Below are positions 16,801 to 23,598 of a stretch of 49,153 bases of DNA, piece by piece. Under the pieces are notes generated by a model, which worked only from the letters and a program-made list of their open reading frames with translations, ran no database searches and was not told the DNA's origin. The stretch spans positions 1 through 49,153 of the forward strand of contig JBQGDI010000111.1 in the NCBI GenBank assembly GCA_052038965.1. The letters are read 5' to 3'. The stretch comes from Candidatus Limnocylindrales bacterium (GTDB lineage: Bacteria > Chloroflexota > Limnocylindria > Limnocylindrales > CSP1-4). Within the stretch, counting starts at the first letter, position 1, and each line of letters starts with the position of its first letter. The position numbers and the translations under genes are program-made.

Positions 16801-17340
16801 TTTGTCGTAGATCCCGATCGCCGTGTTGATCGTCTGGACGTAGTGGTTCGGGCCGACGTCGCCGTTCGTGTCGGGCGGATGTCCGTCGCCGCATTGGACT
16901 CCGTCGCAGTCCTCGGTGAAGTGGAGGCCCTCGAACGACGCGTCGGCCGCGGGCGCCGGCGCGGCCGCTCCGATCGGGTCGGCCGAGCCGACCTCGGCGA
17001 ACGCCTGGACGCCCTCCGGGGGGACCTTCGGCGACTTCCGCTCGGCAACGAGGTCGCGCTCGTGGGTCGGCACGCTGGCCCCGCTCGGAAGCTGGGGCAG
17101 CGAGCGAACGTCGAACCGCGCCGAGCGCCCCTCGAGTCGCGCCGCGGTGCCCCCTGCCGGATCGCCCATGGCAGGTCCTTGGCCTGTGCCGGCGTCGCCC
17201 GCAAGGACCCCGACCGCGACGACGATGGCGCCGCCGACGATGGCGACCGCAGTCCGCCCTCGGCCGAGGGAGCGGGAACGCACCGTCACGTTGTGCCGGG
17301 AGGTCAAGCGCGGACGCCTCCGTGTGGGCGACCGAGGCAT
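13852..17340 (-). CDS. Large (1162 aa) secreted or membrane-anchored modular protein: N-terminal ~530-aa globular domain, Pro/Thr linker, Ig/FN3-like repeats, C-terminal beta-sandwich-like module
   Basis: ATG start, an Arg-rich N-terminus and a hydrophobic segment 'AVAIVGGAIVVAVGVLA'. The globular domain ends with a 'CERWGDYSAMTLDPDGCTFWYTNEY' motif. A ~50-residue PT linker and repeated T/S/G-rich beta-type modules follow. 'SYRLQRQVNGGSWTTI...YRFRVKATD' is FN3-like. The function of the N-terminal domain is not identified. Confidence 0.7.
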   Translation of the reverse strand: MPRSPTRRRPRLTSRHNVTVRSRSLGRGRTAVAIVGGAIVVAVGVLAGDAGTGQGPAMGDPAGGTAARLEGRSARFDVRSLPQLPSGASVPTHERDLVAERKSPKVPPEGVQAFAEVGSADPIGAAAPAPAADASFEGLHFTEDCDGVQCGDGHPPDTNGDVGPNHYVQTINTAIGIYDKATGARIAAFSFDDFMSQGNFGNLCDTDNYGDPVVLYDTFADRWIITDFAFDVDGSGNVLNPPGAYECFAVSQSGDPVSGGWHFYSLHVTDGLQDYPKLGVWPDGIYMSANMFDFAANGSFQNVRVWAFNKAQMYAGQDPQVVQFDAPQKTGPCPVFTLLPSNARLKTGTPPAGRENLFASTWCYTARVRIWKFHVDWANTANSTFSGPFESTAGTTWASPPGVIPSLNGNDLDALGIRLMMQNQYANIGGVESLWNAHTVAGSSSSQAAVRWYQVPVTGGTVGNPLQAVTFNPDGLSRFMPSVAVDRIGNMAIGYSVSSAAMYPAIRYAGRLAGDPPNTITQTERTLIDGTGTQVGNCGGLPCERWGDYSAMTLDPDGCTFWYTNEYYLASGLDHHTRIGSFRYPSCVSAPPPTPAPPTPTPVPPTPVPPTPSPVTPTPTTPPATPTMPPASPTPATPPQVVVFEPTASSPTNEASIGYSLIFDRSIAGLTGSDFTALGSAASGGTACSISPFGSSGTTFTITVSGCVDGSLTLRLESNSIDAGGLSGPTTDVDAAALVIDRAAPTASTPELSPSSAIPGASVTVTATLGDSGGVVAGQKQLAGGAWSSTTATDGAFGEPTEEVSSTVTAPAAGGTYQVCVRGTDAAGNTSSGTACATLTVMTFALSASPTSLSLPQGASGASSITISRTAFSAPIDLSVTGLPAGVSASFGADPASGAATLTLTTSNCGTVTPRGSYVLTISGTASGLTRSTNLGLTVTNAPPKVASPVSSLYANTTLGTSTVRVKTSWSACDADGVTSYRLQRQVNGGSWTTISLGSATSTTINQSLTIGASYRFRVKATDGLGVAASYAYGPTFSPRVSDQGNSRISYTGAWSTVARSACYGGSIRSSTSAGAAATYTFTGSSGAWVAYKGPTRGSAYVYVDGVLRTTVNLYSSTAKARPVVYAFNWSTSGTHSIKVVVVGTPGHARVDVDAFYRLIRL
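15421..15570 (-). repeat. Low-complexity repetitive DNA encoding the Pro/Thr linker of the large secreted protein
   Basis: Iterated GGCGTCGGCGGGACC-type units on the plus strand translate as PPTPAPPTPTPVPPTPVPPTPSPVTPTPTTPPATP on the minus strand. Confidence 0.7.
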
Positions 17341-17408
17341 CCTAGCCAGTCACCTTCACGCCCGTCCCCCCACCGATCGGCCTATGCGATCGGGGCCAGG
17401 CGATCGGC

Positions 17409-17792
17409 CTAGCGTGTCGCCCAGGCGTCGATCTCGACGCGGTACTCCGGGGCGGCGAGGGCAGAGATGTAGAGCAGCGTCGAAGTCGTGACGTGATCGC
17501 CGAGCAGGCGATCGAGGGTCGCGCGGCGGGCCGCGGCATCGAGCTCGTCGACCGCGTAGGTCACGATCTTCACGAGATCGGTCGACTCGAATCCGGCGGC
17601 CTCGAGGTTCGCGAGGACGTTGTGGAGCGCGATCTCGAACTGGGCGTTGACATCCGCCGGGATCGTGCCGTCGGCCCGCTTCCCGACCTGGCCCGAGATG
17701 AAGAGCAGCCGACCCTCGCCGATGACCTCGATGTTGTGGACGTACCGCCCGACGGGCGCGTGGACCCGGTCGGGGTTGTGCGGCTCCTTCAA
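17409..17792 (-). CDS. RidA/YjgF/Rid family reactive-intermediate deaminase
   Basis: It contains 'LLFISGQVG', 'QFEIALHNVLANLEAAG' and a C-terminal 'RVEIDAWA'. A TTG start at 17792 is proposed because it lies 5 nt after GGGAGG and gives the typical ~127 aa. The listed ORF (to 17969) would overlap the upstream DinB gene. Confidence 0.75.
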   Translation of the reverse strand: MKEPHNPDRVHAPVGRYVHNIEVIGEGRLLFISGQVGKRADGTIPADVNAQFEIALHNVLANLEAAGFESTDLVKIVTYAVDELDAAARRATLDRLLGDHVTTSTLLYISALAAPEYRVEIDAWATR

Positions 17793-17830
17793 GCGGACCT
17801 CCCTCGCGGCGCTGCTGTCGTCGCGGGCGC

Positions 17831-18382
17831 TCAGCCCGCCACGGCGGCGGGATCCTGGCGCCGAAGCAGGATCCCGAGGTAGGCCTTCCACGGTCCGACG
17901 GCGGCGTCGCGCGAGCCGGCCAGGCCGGCGAAGATCTGCGACACGTGATCCAGGTCGTGAACGCTCCACGTCGCCAGGAGCTCGCGGAGGGTCACCTCGC
18001 CGAGAGTCGGATGCAGCCCCCGCCGATCGAGGTCGGCCTCGCTCGTGATGAGCTCCTCGAGGCGGCGGAGGTTCGCCGCCCGCAACTCTGCGAACCGCGC
18101 GACCAGCTCATCGAGGGTCGCGTCGCGATCTCGCTCGAGCATCGCGAAGCGATCGAACCGCTCGAACGGCCGTACCGGACCTTCCTCGAGGATGAGCCGT
18201 GTCCGGGCGATCCAGTCCGTCTGCTCGCCGGTCAAGAGGTGACCGACGACGTCCTTCGGTCGCCAGCCGCCGTCGATGTCCGGCGTCTCCGCCCAGGAGG
18301 CTGGGAGCCCGGCGAGGAGGGCTCTCACGACGTCCGGCGTGCGGCGGAGGAGGTCGATCGTCTCTCGAAGGAAGTCGTTCAT
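17831..18382 (-). CDS. DinB-family (four-helix-bundle) protein
   Basis: 183 aa with the DinB_2-type pattern 'WRPKDVVGHL...' and 'WSVHDLDHVSQI' (His-rich metal triad positions). Confidence 0.75.
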   Translation of the reverse strand: MNDFLRETIDLLRRTPDVVRALLAGLPASWAETPDIDGGWRPKDVVGHLLTGEQTDWIARTRLILEEGPVRPFERFDRFAMLERDRDATLDELVARFAELRAANLRRLEELITSEADLDRRGLHPTLGEVTLRELLATWSVHDLDHVSQIFAGLAGSRDAAVGPWKAYLGILLRRQDPAAVAG

Positions 18383-18391
18383 GGCGGCCGA

Positions 18392-18397
18392 AGTGTA
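18392..18397 (-). promoter_or_regulatory. Candidate -10 box (TACACT on minus strand) 9 nt upstream of ATG 18382
   Basis: A TANNNT box with no SD between it and the start codon. Confidence 0.3.
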
Positions 18398-18424
18398 GTC
18401 CCGCCCGCGCTGGCGACCCCGTCC

Positions 18425-18460
18425 GAGCAGGCCCGGGCGGACGATGGCCCGGGCCTGCTC
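18425..18460 (-). terminator. Perfect 14-bp inverted repeat hairpin downstream of the ACT-domain gene
   Basis: GAGCAGGCCCGGGC-(8 nt)-GCCCGGGCCTGCTC read directly from the sequence. There is no U-tract (I-shaped, actinobacterial-style terminator). Confidence 0.5.
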
Positions 18461-18474
18461 TCGGGCGGTCGAGA

Positions 18475-18882
18475 TCAGCCGATGCCGATCGCGGCGCGCT
18501 CCTCTGTGCCAAGGATCTCGCGTGCCCTCGCAGGCTGGTCGGTCGCGAAGCCAACCCGGACCTTGCCATCGGCCATTCCGATCGGCAGGAGGCCGCTGAT
18601 GTTGATGCCGGCGTCGGCGAGTTTCCGCGCCGCGGCGGCGAGCGTCCCGGGCTTGTGCTCGAGGGCCGTCGTGACGAGCTCGCCCTCGCGGCAGTCGAAG
18701 CCCCCGTCCTTGAGGATGGACCGCGTCGCCGCCTCGTCGTTCGTGATGACCGCCACGGTGCCACCACCGCGACTGGTCGCTCCGGTGATGGACTCGATGT
18801 TGATGCCCTTGCGGGCGATCGCCTCGGCCAGCCGGGCGAGCTCCCCGGGCTGGTCCTTCAGGTCAACCATGAACACGATCAT
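18475..18882 (-). CDS. ACT-domain protein (two ACT repeats)
   Basis: The internal ATG at 18882 is preceded by GGGAGGA. It has two repeats of the 'D(Q/K)PGxLAxxAxxLAxxGINI' ACT signature. The upstream part of listed ORF 18475..19353 looks non-coding. Confidence 0.75.
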   Translation of the reverse strand: MIVFMVDLKDQPGELARLAEAIARKGINIESITGATSRGGGTVAVITNDEAATRSILKDGGFDCREGELVTTALEHKPGTLAAAARKLADAGINISGLLPIGMADGKVRVGFATDQPARAREILGTEERAAIGIG

Positions 18883-18989
18883 GCCGTCCTCCCGCCGAAC
18901 TGCCGGCGCCCACGGCACGCTCACTGCGCGTCGATTCGGTACCGGGAAGGCGGCGATTCTACGCCCCGATGCCAGCGAACAGGAAGGCT

Positions 18990-19724
18990 TCAGGCGGGCT
19001 TCTCCCAGACGCTGACGTGCTGCCGGCTCTCGCTGGTGAAGGGCTCGCGCCGCCAGCCCGACCAGCGCTCGGCGAGCCGGAGGCCGGCCATCTCGGCCAT
19101 GAGGTCCAGCTCCGACGGCCAGACGTATCGGAACGGGATCGACAGTCGGTGGGCGCGTCCGCCGACGATCTCGAAGTGGTGGGACGTCAGGCCTTGGGTG
19201 GCGACGTCGTACTCGTCGAAACCCCAGCGGTGCTCGCGGATGAGGAACGGCAGGACCGTCTCGCCGGGCGGCAGCCGCCGAAGCTCGGGGATGCCGACCT
19301 CGATGACGAACCGCCCGCGCGGCCGGAGGTGCCCCGCGGCGTTCCGGAAGCAAGCGACCTGGGCGGCCTGGCTCGTCAGGTTGACGATCGTGTTGAAGAC
19401 GAGGTACACGAGCGAGAATCGGCCTTCCACCCGGGTCGTCGCCATGTCGCCGATCGTGACCGGGATGGTCTTGCCGCCGGGCTTCGATCGGAGTCGGCGA
19501 ACCATCGCGCGCGACATGTCGACGCCGTGGACCGCGATTCCGCGAGCGGTCAAGGGCAGCGCGATCCGGCCCGTCCCGATCCCGAGCTCGAGGGCCGGCC
19601 CGCCGCCGGCCTGGGCGACCAGGAAGTCGACGGTCGCGTCGATGACCGACGGGTCGAACTCCGGGTCGTCGGACTGGTCGTAGCGCGCCGCGACGCGCTC
19701 GTCGAAGTAGCCGTCGTCAGGCAC
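18990..19724 (-). CDS. Class I SAM-dependent methyltransferase
   Basis: Motif I 'ALELGIGTGRIALPL', followed by 'VHGVDMSRAMV' and 'FNTIVNL'. 244 aa with a GTG start. Confidence 0.85.
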   Translation of the reverse strand: MPDDGYFDERVAARYDQSDDPEFDPSVIDATVDFLVAQAGGGPALELGIGTGRIALPLTARGIAVHGVDMSRAMVRRLRSKPGGKTIPVTIGDMATTRVEGRFSLVYLVFNTIVNLTSQAAQVACFRNAAGHLRPRGRFVIEVGIPELRRLPPGETVLPFLIREHRWGFDEYDVATQGLTSHHFEIVGGRAHRLSIPFRYVWPSELDLMAEMAGLRLAERWSGWRREPFTSESRQHVSVWEKPA

Positions 19725-19730
19725 GCGCTG

Positions 19731-19738
19731 AGCCTACC
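19731..19738 (-). promoter_or_regulatory. Candidate extended -10 box (GGTAGGCT on minus strand) 6 nt upstream of GTG 19724
   Basis: GNTANNNT with spacing that places +1 on the start codon. Confidence 0.4.
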
Positions 19739-19823
19739 CGTCTTGCCGGCGTCGCTTCGTCAGCGTCGGACACCGTCGAGAGCGTCGCGAGGCGTCGGGG
19801 TGGACGGCGGCGCCCCCGATGGC

Positions 19824-20495
19824 TCAGTCTTCCTCGTCGTCCTCGAAGTCCGGCCAGGCCGCGATGTCGACACCGTGGTTCTCGGGCGACGCGAGCGTCC
19901 ACCAATGGGGCGCATGCGTCCCGTCAGCCTGGCGTCCGCGAGCTTCGTGCGCGGTCGCGTCTGTTGCTTCGGCCTGATCGGCCGGGACGCTGACGTCGAT
20001 GTGGGTCCGTCCCCGGCCCGGCCTCGGAGGCTTGAGGCGCTGGAACGACACGTGCGGGTTCCGGCGGTGGCGGTCGACGACGTCCTCGTTCGGGCCGAGG
20101 CTCCTGTAGCCGAGGGCTGCGGCCCAGAACGGACCGACGTCGCTGCCGGCATCCTGGGCCACCGCAATGCCCACGACCTGGACCTGGGAGGGGTCAGGTT
20201 GGAGCCCCAGCTTCCGAGCCGCTGCCGAGATCTGGCGCGCCAGCTCGACATCACGCTGGCTCAGGGCGCCGTACTCCCCGGACGCGGTCCGGACCGTGAC
20301 TCCCTCGGGGCGCACGTCCACGTCGGGGAAGTGGCCCACAGCCTCGGCGGGGTCGGCGATCGCGGCCACGAACCGCGCTGCCCCCGCAAAGGATCCGACG
20401 CGGAAGTAGGCGTGGGCGCCAGAGAACAGGACCCGCCAGTTGTCGACTCCGACGGCGTCGTGAAAGGCCCGAGCCGTCGTTCGCTTCTCGCTCAT
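19824..20495 (-). CDS. Two-domain protein: pterin-4a-carbinolamine dehydratase-like N-terminal domain plus VOC/glyoxalase-like C-terminal domain
   Basis: The N-terminal ~95 aa ('FVAAIADPAEAVGHFPDVDVRPEGVTVRT...LSQRDVELARQIS') follow the PCD/DCoH pattern (H-H-P replaced by H-F-P). The C-terminal half ('VVGIAVAQD...FWAAALGY...HIDVSV') resembles a glyoxalase-like module. Confidence 0.6.
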   Translation of the reverse strand: MSEKRTTARAFHDAVGVDNWRVLFSGAHAYFRVGSFAGAARFVAAIADPAEAVGHFPDVDVRPEGVTVRTASGEYGALSQRDVELARQISAAARKLGLQPDPSQVQVVGIAVAQDAGSDVGPFWAAALGYRSLGPNEDVVDRHRRNPHVSFQRLKPPRPGRGRTHIDVSVPADQAEATDATAHEARGRQADGTHAPHWWTLASPENHGVDIAAWPDFEDDEED

Positions 20496-20501
20496 GGGGC
20501 A

Positions 20502-20507
20502 ATGCTA
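20502..20507 (-). promoter_or_regulatory. Candidate -10 box (TAGCAT on minus strand) 6 nt upstream of ATG 20495
   Basis: TAGCAT-TGCCCC-ATG read directly; no SD. Confidence 0.4.
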
Positions 20508-20595
20508 GTCAGGAATGGTCCGGGTGATGCGTGCACCCTCGCTCGAAGAGCGGTCCATCCGGCGGCCGTTCGCAGGAGTCTGGCCGGGCCATCAG

Positions 20596-20856
20596 TCAGC
20601 GTCGGCGAAGGTCGCTCGACGATTCCGGTGGTGGGGATGTCCTGATTCGCTGGATCAGGTCGACCAGGTACTCGTCGGTCGGAATGCCCAGGTCCTCGGG
20701 GAGGCCATCCTCCTCGTGCTCCTTGTCCCAGTGCTCTTCCATGTCAGCCAGCACCTGAAGGAGCGCAGCGCGCACGTCTTCTGGGGGCAGGTCGCGAATC
20801 GTCTCCCACCACAGCCGACGGACGCGACCCGCGCGCTCGGAGGCCGTGCGGCGCAT
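20596..20856 (-). CDS. Small acidic hypothetical protein (86 aa)
   Basis: This is the C-terminal part of artefactual ORF 20596..23223, starting at ATG 20856, 29 nt after the stop of the upstream oxidase gene. It lies in a locally lower-GC patch, and I recognise no family. Confidence 0.4.
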   Translation of the reverse strand: MRRTASERAGRVRRLWWETIRDLPPEDVRAALLQVLADMEEHWDKEHEEDGLPEDLGIPTDEYLVDLIQRIRTSPPPESSSDLRRR

Positions 20857-20885
20857 CTTCAACGGGTCACCCACCGCATCCTCGC

Positions 20886-23366
20886 TCAGCCTGACGTCAC
20901 GAGGTCGGCTTCGGCCTTGATACGGAGGCCCTGCGGGTCGTAGGGCGGGCGGAGGTGCGGGGTGGCCGGGTAGCGGACCGTGGCGATCTCGAGCTCGTAG
21001 CGGCCGCCGAGGAGGAAGTCGGGCGCGGCGGCACCGGACTCGCCGGCGTCGACGTAGCCGAGCCCGACGGCGCGGCCGAGCGTATGGCCGTACCAGCCCG
21101 AGGTCGTGCGGCCGACGAGGACGTCGTTTCGCCAGATCGGCTCGTTGTGGTAGAGCAGCGGCTCGGGGTCGTCGAGCGTGAAGACCACCAGGCGTCGCCG
21201 GAGGCCCGACTCGCGCTGGCGCAGCAGGGCCTCGCGACCGATGAACCCGCCGGGCTTTTCCCAGGCGACCGCGAAGCCGAGCCCGCCCTCGAGCGGCGAG
21301 TCCTCGTCGCTGATGTCGTGGCCCATGTGGCGGTACGCCTTCTCGACGCGAAGCGAGTTGAGGGCGTGGTAGCCGGCGTGGCGGAGACCGAGGCCATCGG
21401 CCGCCGAGATGACCGTGTCGTAGACGTGCTCGGCCATGTCGGCCGGGACGTGCAGCTCCCAGCCGAGCTCGCCGACGTACGTCACACGCGAGGCTCGCAC
21501 GATCGCGAAGCCGACTTCGACCTCGCGCGACGTCATGTACGGGAAGGCCGCGTTCGAGAAGTCGTCCGGGCTCACGCGGGCGAGGAGCTCCCGTGACCGC
21601 GGGCCCTGGAGGTTGATGACGGCCCAGCCGGACGTGACGTCCGTCACGCTCACGTGCGCGTCGGCCGGGATGTGGCGCTCGAGCCAGTCGCGGTCCCGGG
21701 CCTGGTCGGCCGCGGCGCTGAGGACCAGGAACTCCCGCTCGGACAGCCGCGTGACCGTGACGTCGGCCTCGATCCCGCCGCGGTCGTTGAGCCACTGGGT
21801 GTACACGACCTTGCCGACCGGGACCGCGACATCGTTGGCGCAGACCAGGTTGAGGATCCGCTCCGCGTCGCGGCCCTGGACGAGCAGCTTCGCGAAGCTC
21901 GACTGGTCGAACAGCCCGACGGCCTCGCGGACCGCGCGGTGCTCGCCGGCCGAGCATTCGAACCAGTTCTGGCGGCCGTACGAGTACTCGTAGCGCGGCG
22001 CAATGCCAGTGGTTGCATACCAGTTCGCCCGCTCCCAGCCGGCGACCTCGCCGAACACCGCACCAGCGGCCGCGACGCGGCCGTGGAGCACGGATCGGCG
22101 CACGCCTCTCGCGGTCTCGACCTGGCGGAACGGCCAGTGCATGTCGTACAGCAGGCCGAGCGTCTCGGTCGTCCGGTCGTACAGGTAGCGGCGGTTGACC
22201 TGGAATGGCTGGAAGCGCCGGATGTCGACCTCGCCGAGGTCCATCGGCGGATGACCGTCGACGATCCAGTCGGCCAGCGCCCGCCCGACGCCCGGCCCGG
22301 ATTGGAATCCGATCGAGTTGAATCCCGCGGCGACGAAGTAGCCACGAACCTCGGGGGCCTCGCCGAGGATGTAGCGGTCGTCGGGCGTGAAGCTCTCGGG
22401 GCCGTTGAAGAACAGCTTGATGCCGACCTTGTTGAGGATCGGCAGGCGCTTCGTGGCCAGCTCGATGAACGGCATCAGGTGGTCCCAGTCGGCCGGGAGC
22501 TTGCCGAAGGCGAAGTCGGCCGGGATGCCGTCCATGCCCCACGGCTTCGCGCCGGGCTCGAAGAAGCCGACCATCAGCTTTCCGGCGTCGTCGCGGGCAT
22601 AGGCCGTGTCGTCGGGCGATCGAAGGACCGGCATGTCGGCGTAGAGGCCCTCGTCGACGTCGTCGGTGATGAGGTAGAAGTGCTCGGCGGCGTGGAGCGG
22701 GATGTGGACGCCGTTCCGCGCTCCCAGCTCGCGGGCCCACATGCCCGCGCAGTTGACGACCGCCTCGCAGGCGATGTCGCCGGCTTCGGTCCGGACGCCG
22801 GTGACCCGGCCGTCCTTCGTGAGGACCTCGGTGACCGGGGTGTACTCGAAGACCTGGCCGCCGCGGAGCCGGAACGCCTGGGCGATCGTCTGCGTGGCCT
22901 GGGCCGGGTCTGCGACACCGTCGGCCGGCAGGTACGCCGCCCCGACGATGCCGTCGGGGTTGACCAGCGGCCACATCCGCTTGACCTCGGCGGCGTCGAT
23001 GGCGTGGACCTCGAAGCCGGTGATCCTGGCCATCGACATGCCGCGCTGGACCTCCGTCCAGCGGCCCGGATTCTGGGCGATGAGGATCGAGCCGGTCGTG
23101 CGAAAGCCGGTGCTCGCGCCGGTCTCGGCCTCGGCGGCCCTGAAGCACTCCTCTGCGTACGCCGCGATCTGGGTCATGTTGTAGGTCGCCCGGAGCTTGG
23201 TCACGAGCCCGGCCGCGTGCCACGTCGTGCCGCTGGTGAGCTGGTTGCGCTCGAGGAGGACGGTGTCCGTCCAGCCGCGCTTCGAGAGGTGGTAGGCGAC
23301 GGACACGCCGACGATGCCGCCGCCGATGACGACGACGCGGGCGTGGGACGGGAGGCTCGTGGTCAT
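20886..23366 (-). CDS. Dimethylglycine/sarcosine oxidase-dehydrogenase family protein (FAD DAO domain fused to GcvT-type aminomethyltransferase domain)
   Basis: ATG 23366 is preceded by GAGGAA. It has the N-terminal FAD motif 'VVVIGGGIVGVSVAYHL' and 'SGTTWHAAGL'. The C-terminal ~400 aa resemble the folate-binding GcvT fold ('GYHALNSLRVEKAY', 'GREALL', 'TSGWYGHTLGRAVGLGYV'). Confidence 0.85.
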   Translation of the reverse strand: MTTSLPSHARVVVIGGGIVGVSVAYHLSKRGWTDTVLLERNQLTSGTTWHAAGLVTKLRATYNMTQIAAYAEECFRAAEAETGASTGFRTTGSILIAQNPGRWTEVQRGMSMARITGFEVHAIDAAEVKRMWPLVNPDGIVGAAYLPADGVADPAQATQTIAQAFRLRGGQVFEYTPVTEVLTKDGRVTGVRTEAGDIACEAVVNCAGMWARELGARNGVHIPLHAAEHFYLITDDVDEGLYADMPVLRSPDDTAYARDDAGKLMVGFFEPGAKPWGMDGIPADFAFGKLPADWDHLMPFIELATKRLPILNKVGIKLFFNGPESFTPDDRYILGEAPEVRGYFVAAGFNSIGFQSGPGVGRALADWIVDGHPPMDLGEVDIRRFQPFQVNRRYLYDRTTETLGLLYDMHWPFRQVETARGVRRSVLHGRVAAAGAVFGEVAGWERANWYATTGIAPRYEYSYGRQNWFECSAGEHRAVREAVGLFDQSSFAKLLVQGRDAERILNLVCANDVAVPVGKVVYTQWLNDRGGIEADVTVTRLSEREFLVLSAAADQARDRDWLERHIPADAHVSVTDVTSGWAVINLQGPRSRELLARVSPDDFSNAAFPYMTSREVEVGFAIVRASRVTYVGELGWELHVPADMAEHVYDTVISAADGLGLRHAGYHALNSLRVEKAYRHMGHDISDEDSPLEGGLGFAVAWEKPGGFIGREALLRQRESGLRRRLVVFTLDDPEPLLYHNEPIWRNDVLVGRTTSGWYGHTLGRAVGLGYVDAGESGAAAPDFLLGGRYELEIATVRYPATPHLRPPYDPQGLRIKAEADLVTSG

Positions 23367-23488
23367 GCGAATTCCTCGGAGGAGGTGCGGCGGCGGACGC
23401 CGTGCGCTTGGCGACGATGATGGCCCACCCGACGCTCCCTGACAGGGCCGAACGGCCGATTCGGCGGGAATCCGCGGAAGACGGGCGG

Positions 23489-23543
23489 GCGGGACGCCGC
23501 GGGCATCGAGACGCCGCGGGGAGCGGGACGCGACGGGCATCGA
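23489..23543 (-). promoter_or_regulatory. Two 21-nt direct repeats (19/21 identical) upstream of the oxidase gene
   Basis: GCGGGACGCCGCGGGCATCGA (23489-23509) and GCGGGACGCGACGGGCATCGA (23523-23543) start 34 nt apart, 120-180 nt upstream of ATG 23366. Confidence 0.3.
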
Positions 23544-23577
23544 AAACGCCTCCGCCCGCTGCCGGTGGGCGGAGGCG
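23542..23577 (-). terminator. Intrinsic terminator after the lipoprotein gene
   Basis: On the minus strand there is a perfect 11-bp stem CGCCTCCGCCC / GGGCGGAGGCG with a 9-nt loop, followed by TTTTC. It lies 22 nt after the TAA stop. Confidence 0.7.
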
Positions 23578-23598
23578 TGAGGTGGCGAGACGCGCGAT

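Noticed and set aside
23367-23541. A glycine or THF riboswitch upstream of the GcvT-domain oxidase gene.
   Set aside because: I could not find the conserved glycine-riboswitch cores (GGAGAG...CACCG / CTCAGGCAA-type) or THF motifs by eye; only the two direct repeats were seen. An Rfam scan would be decisive.
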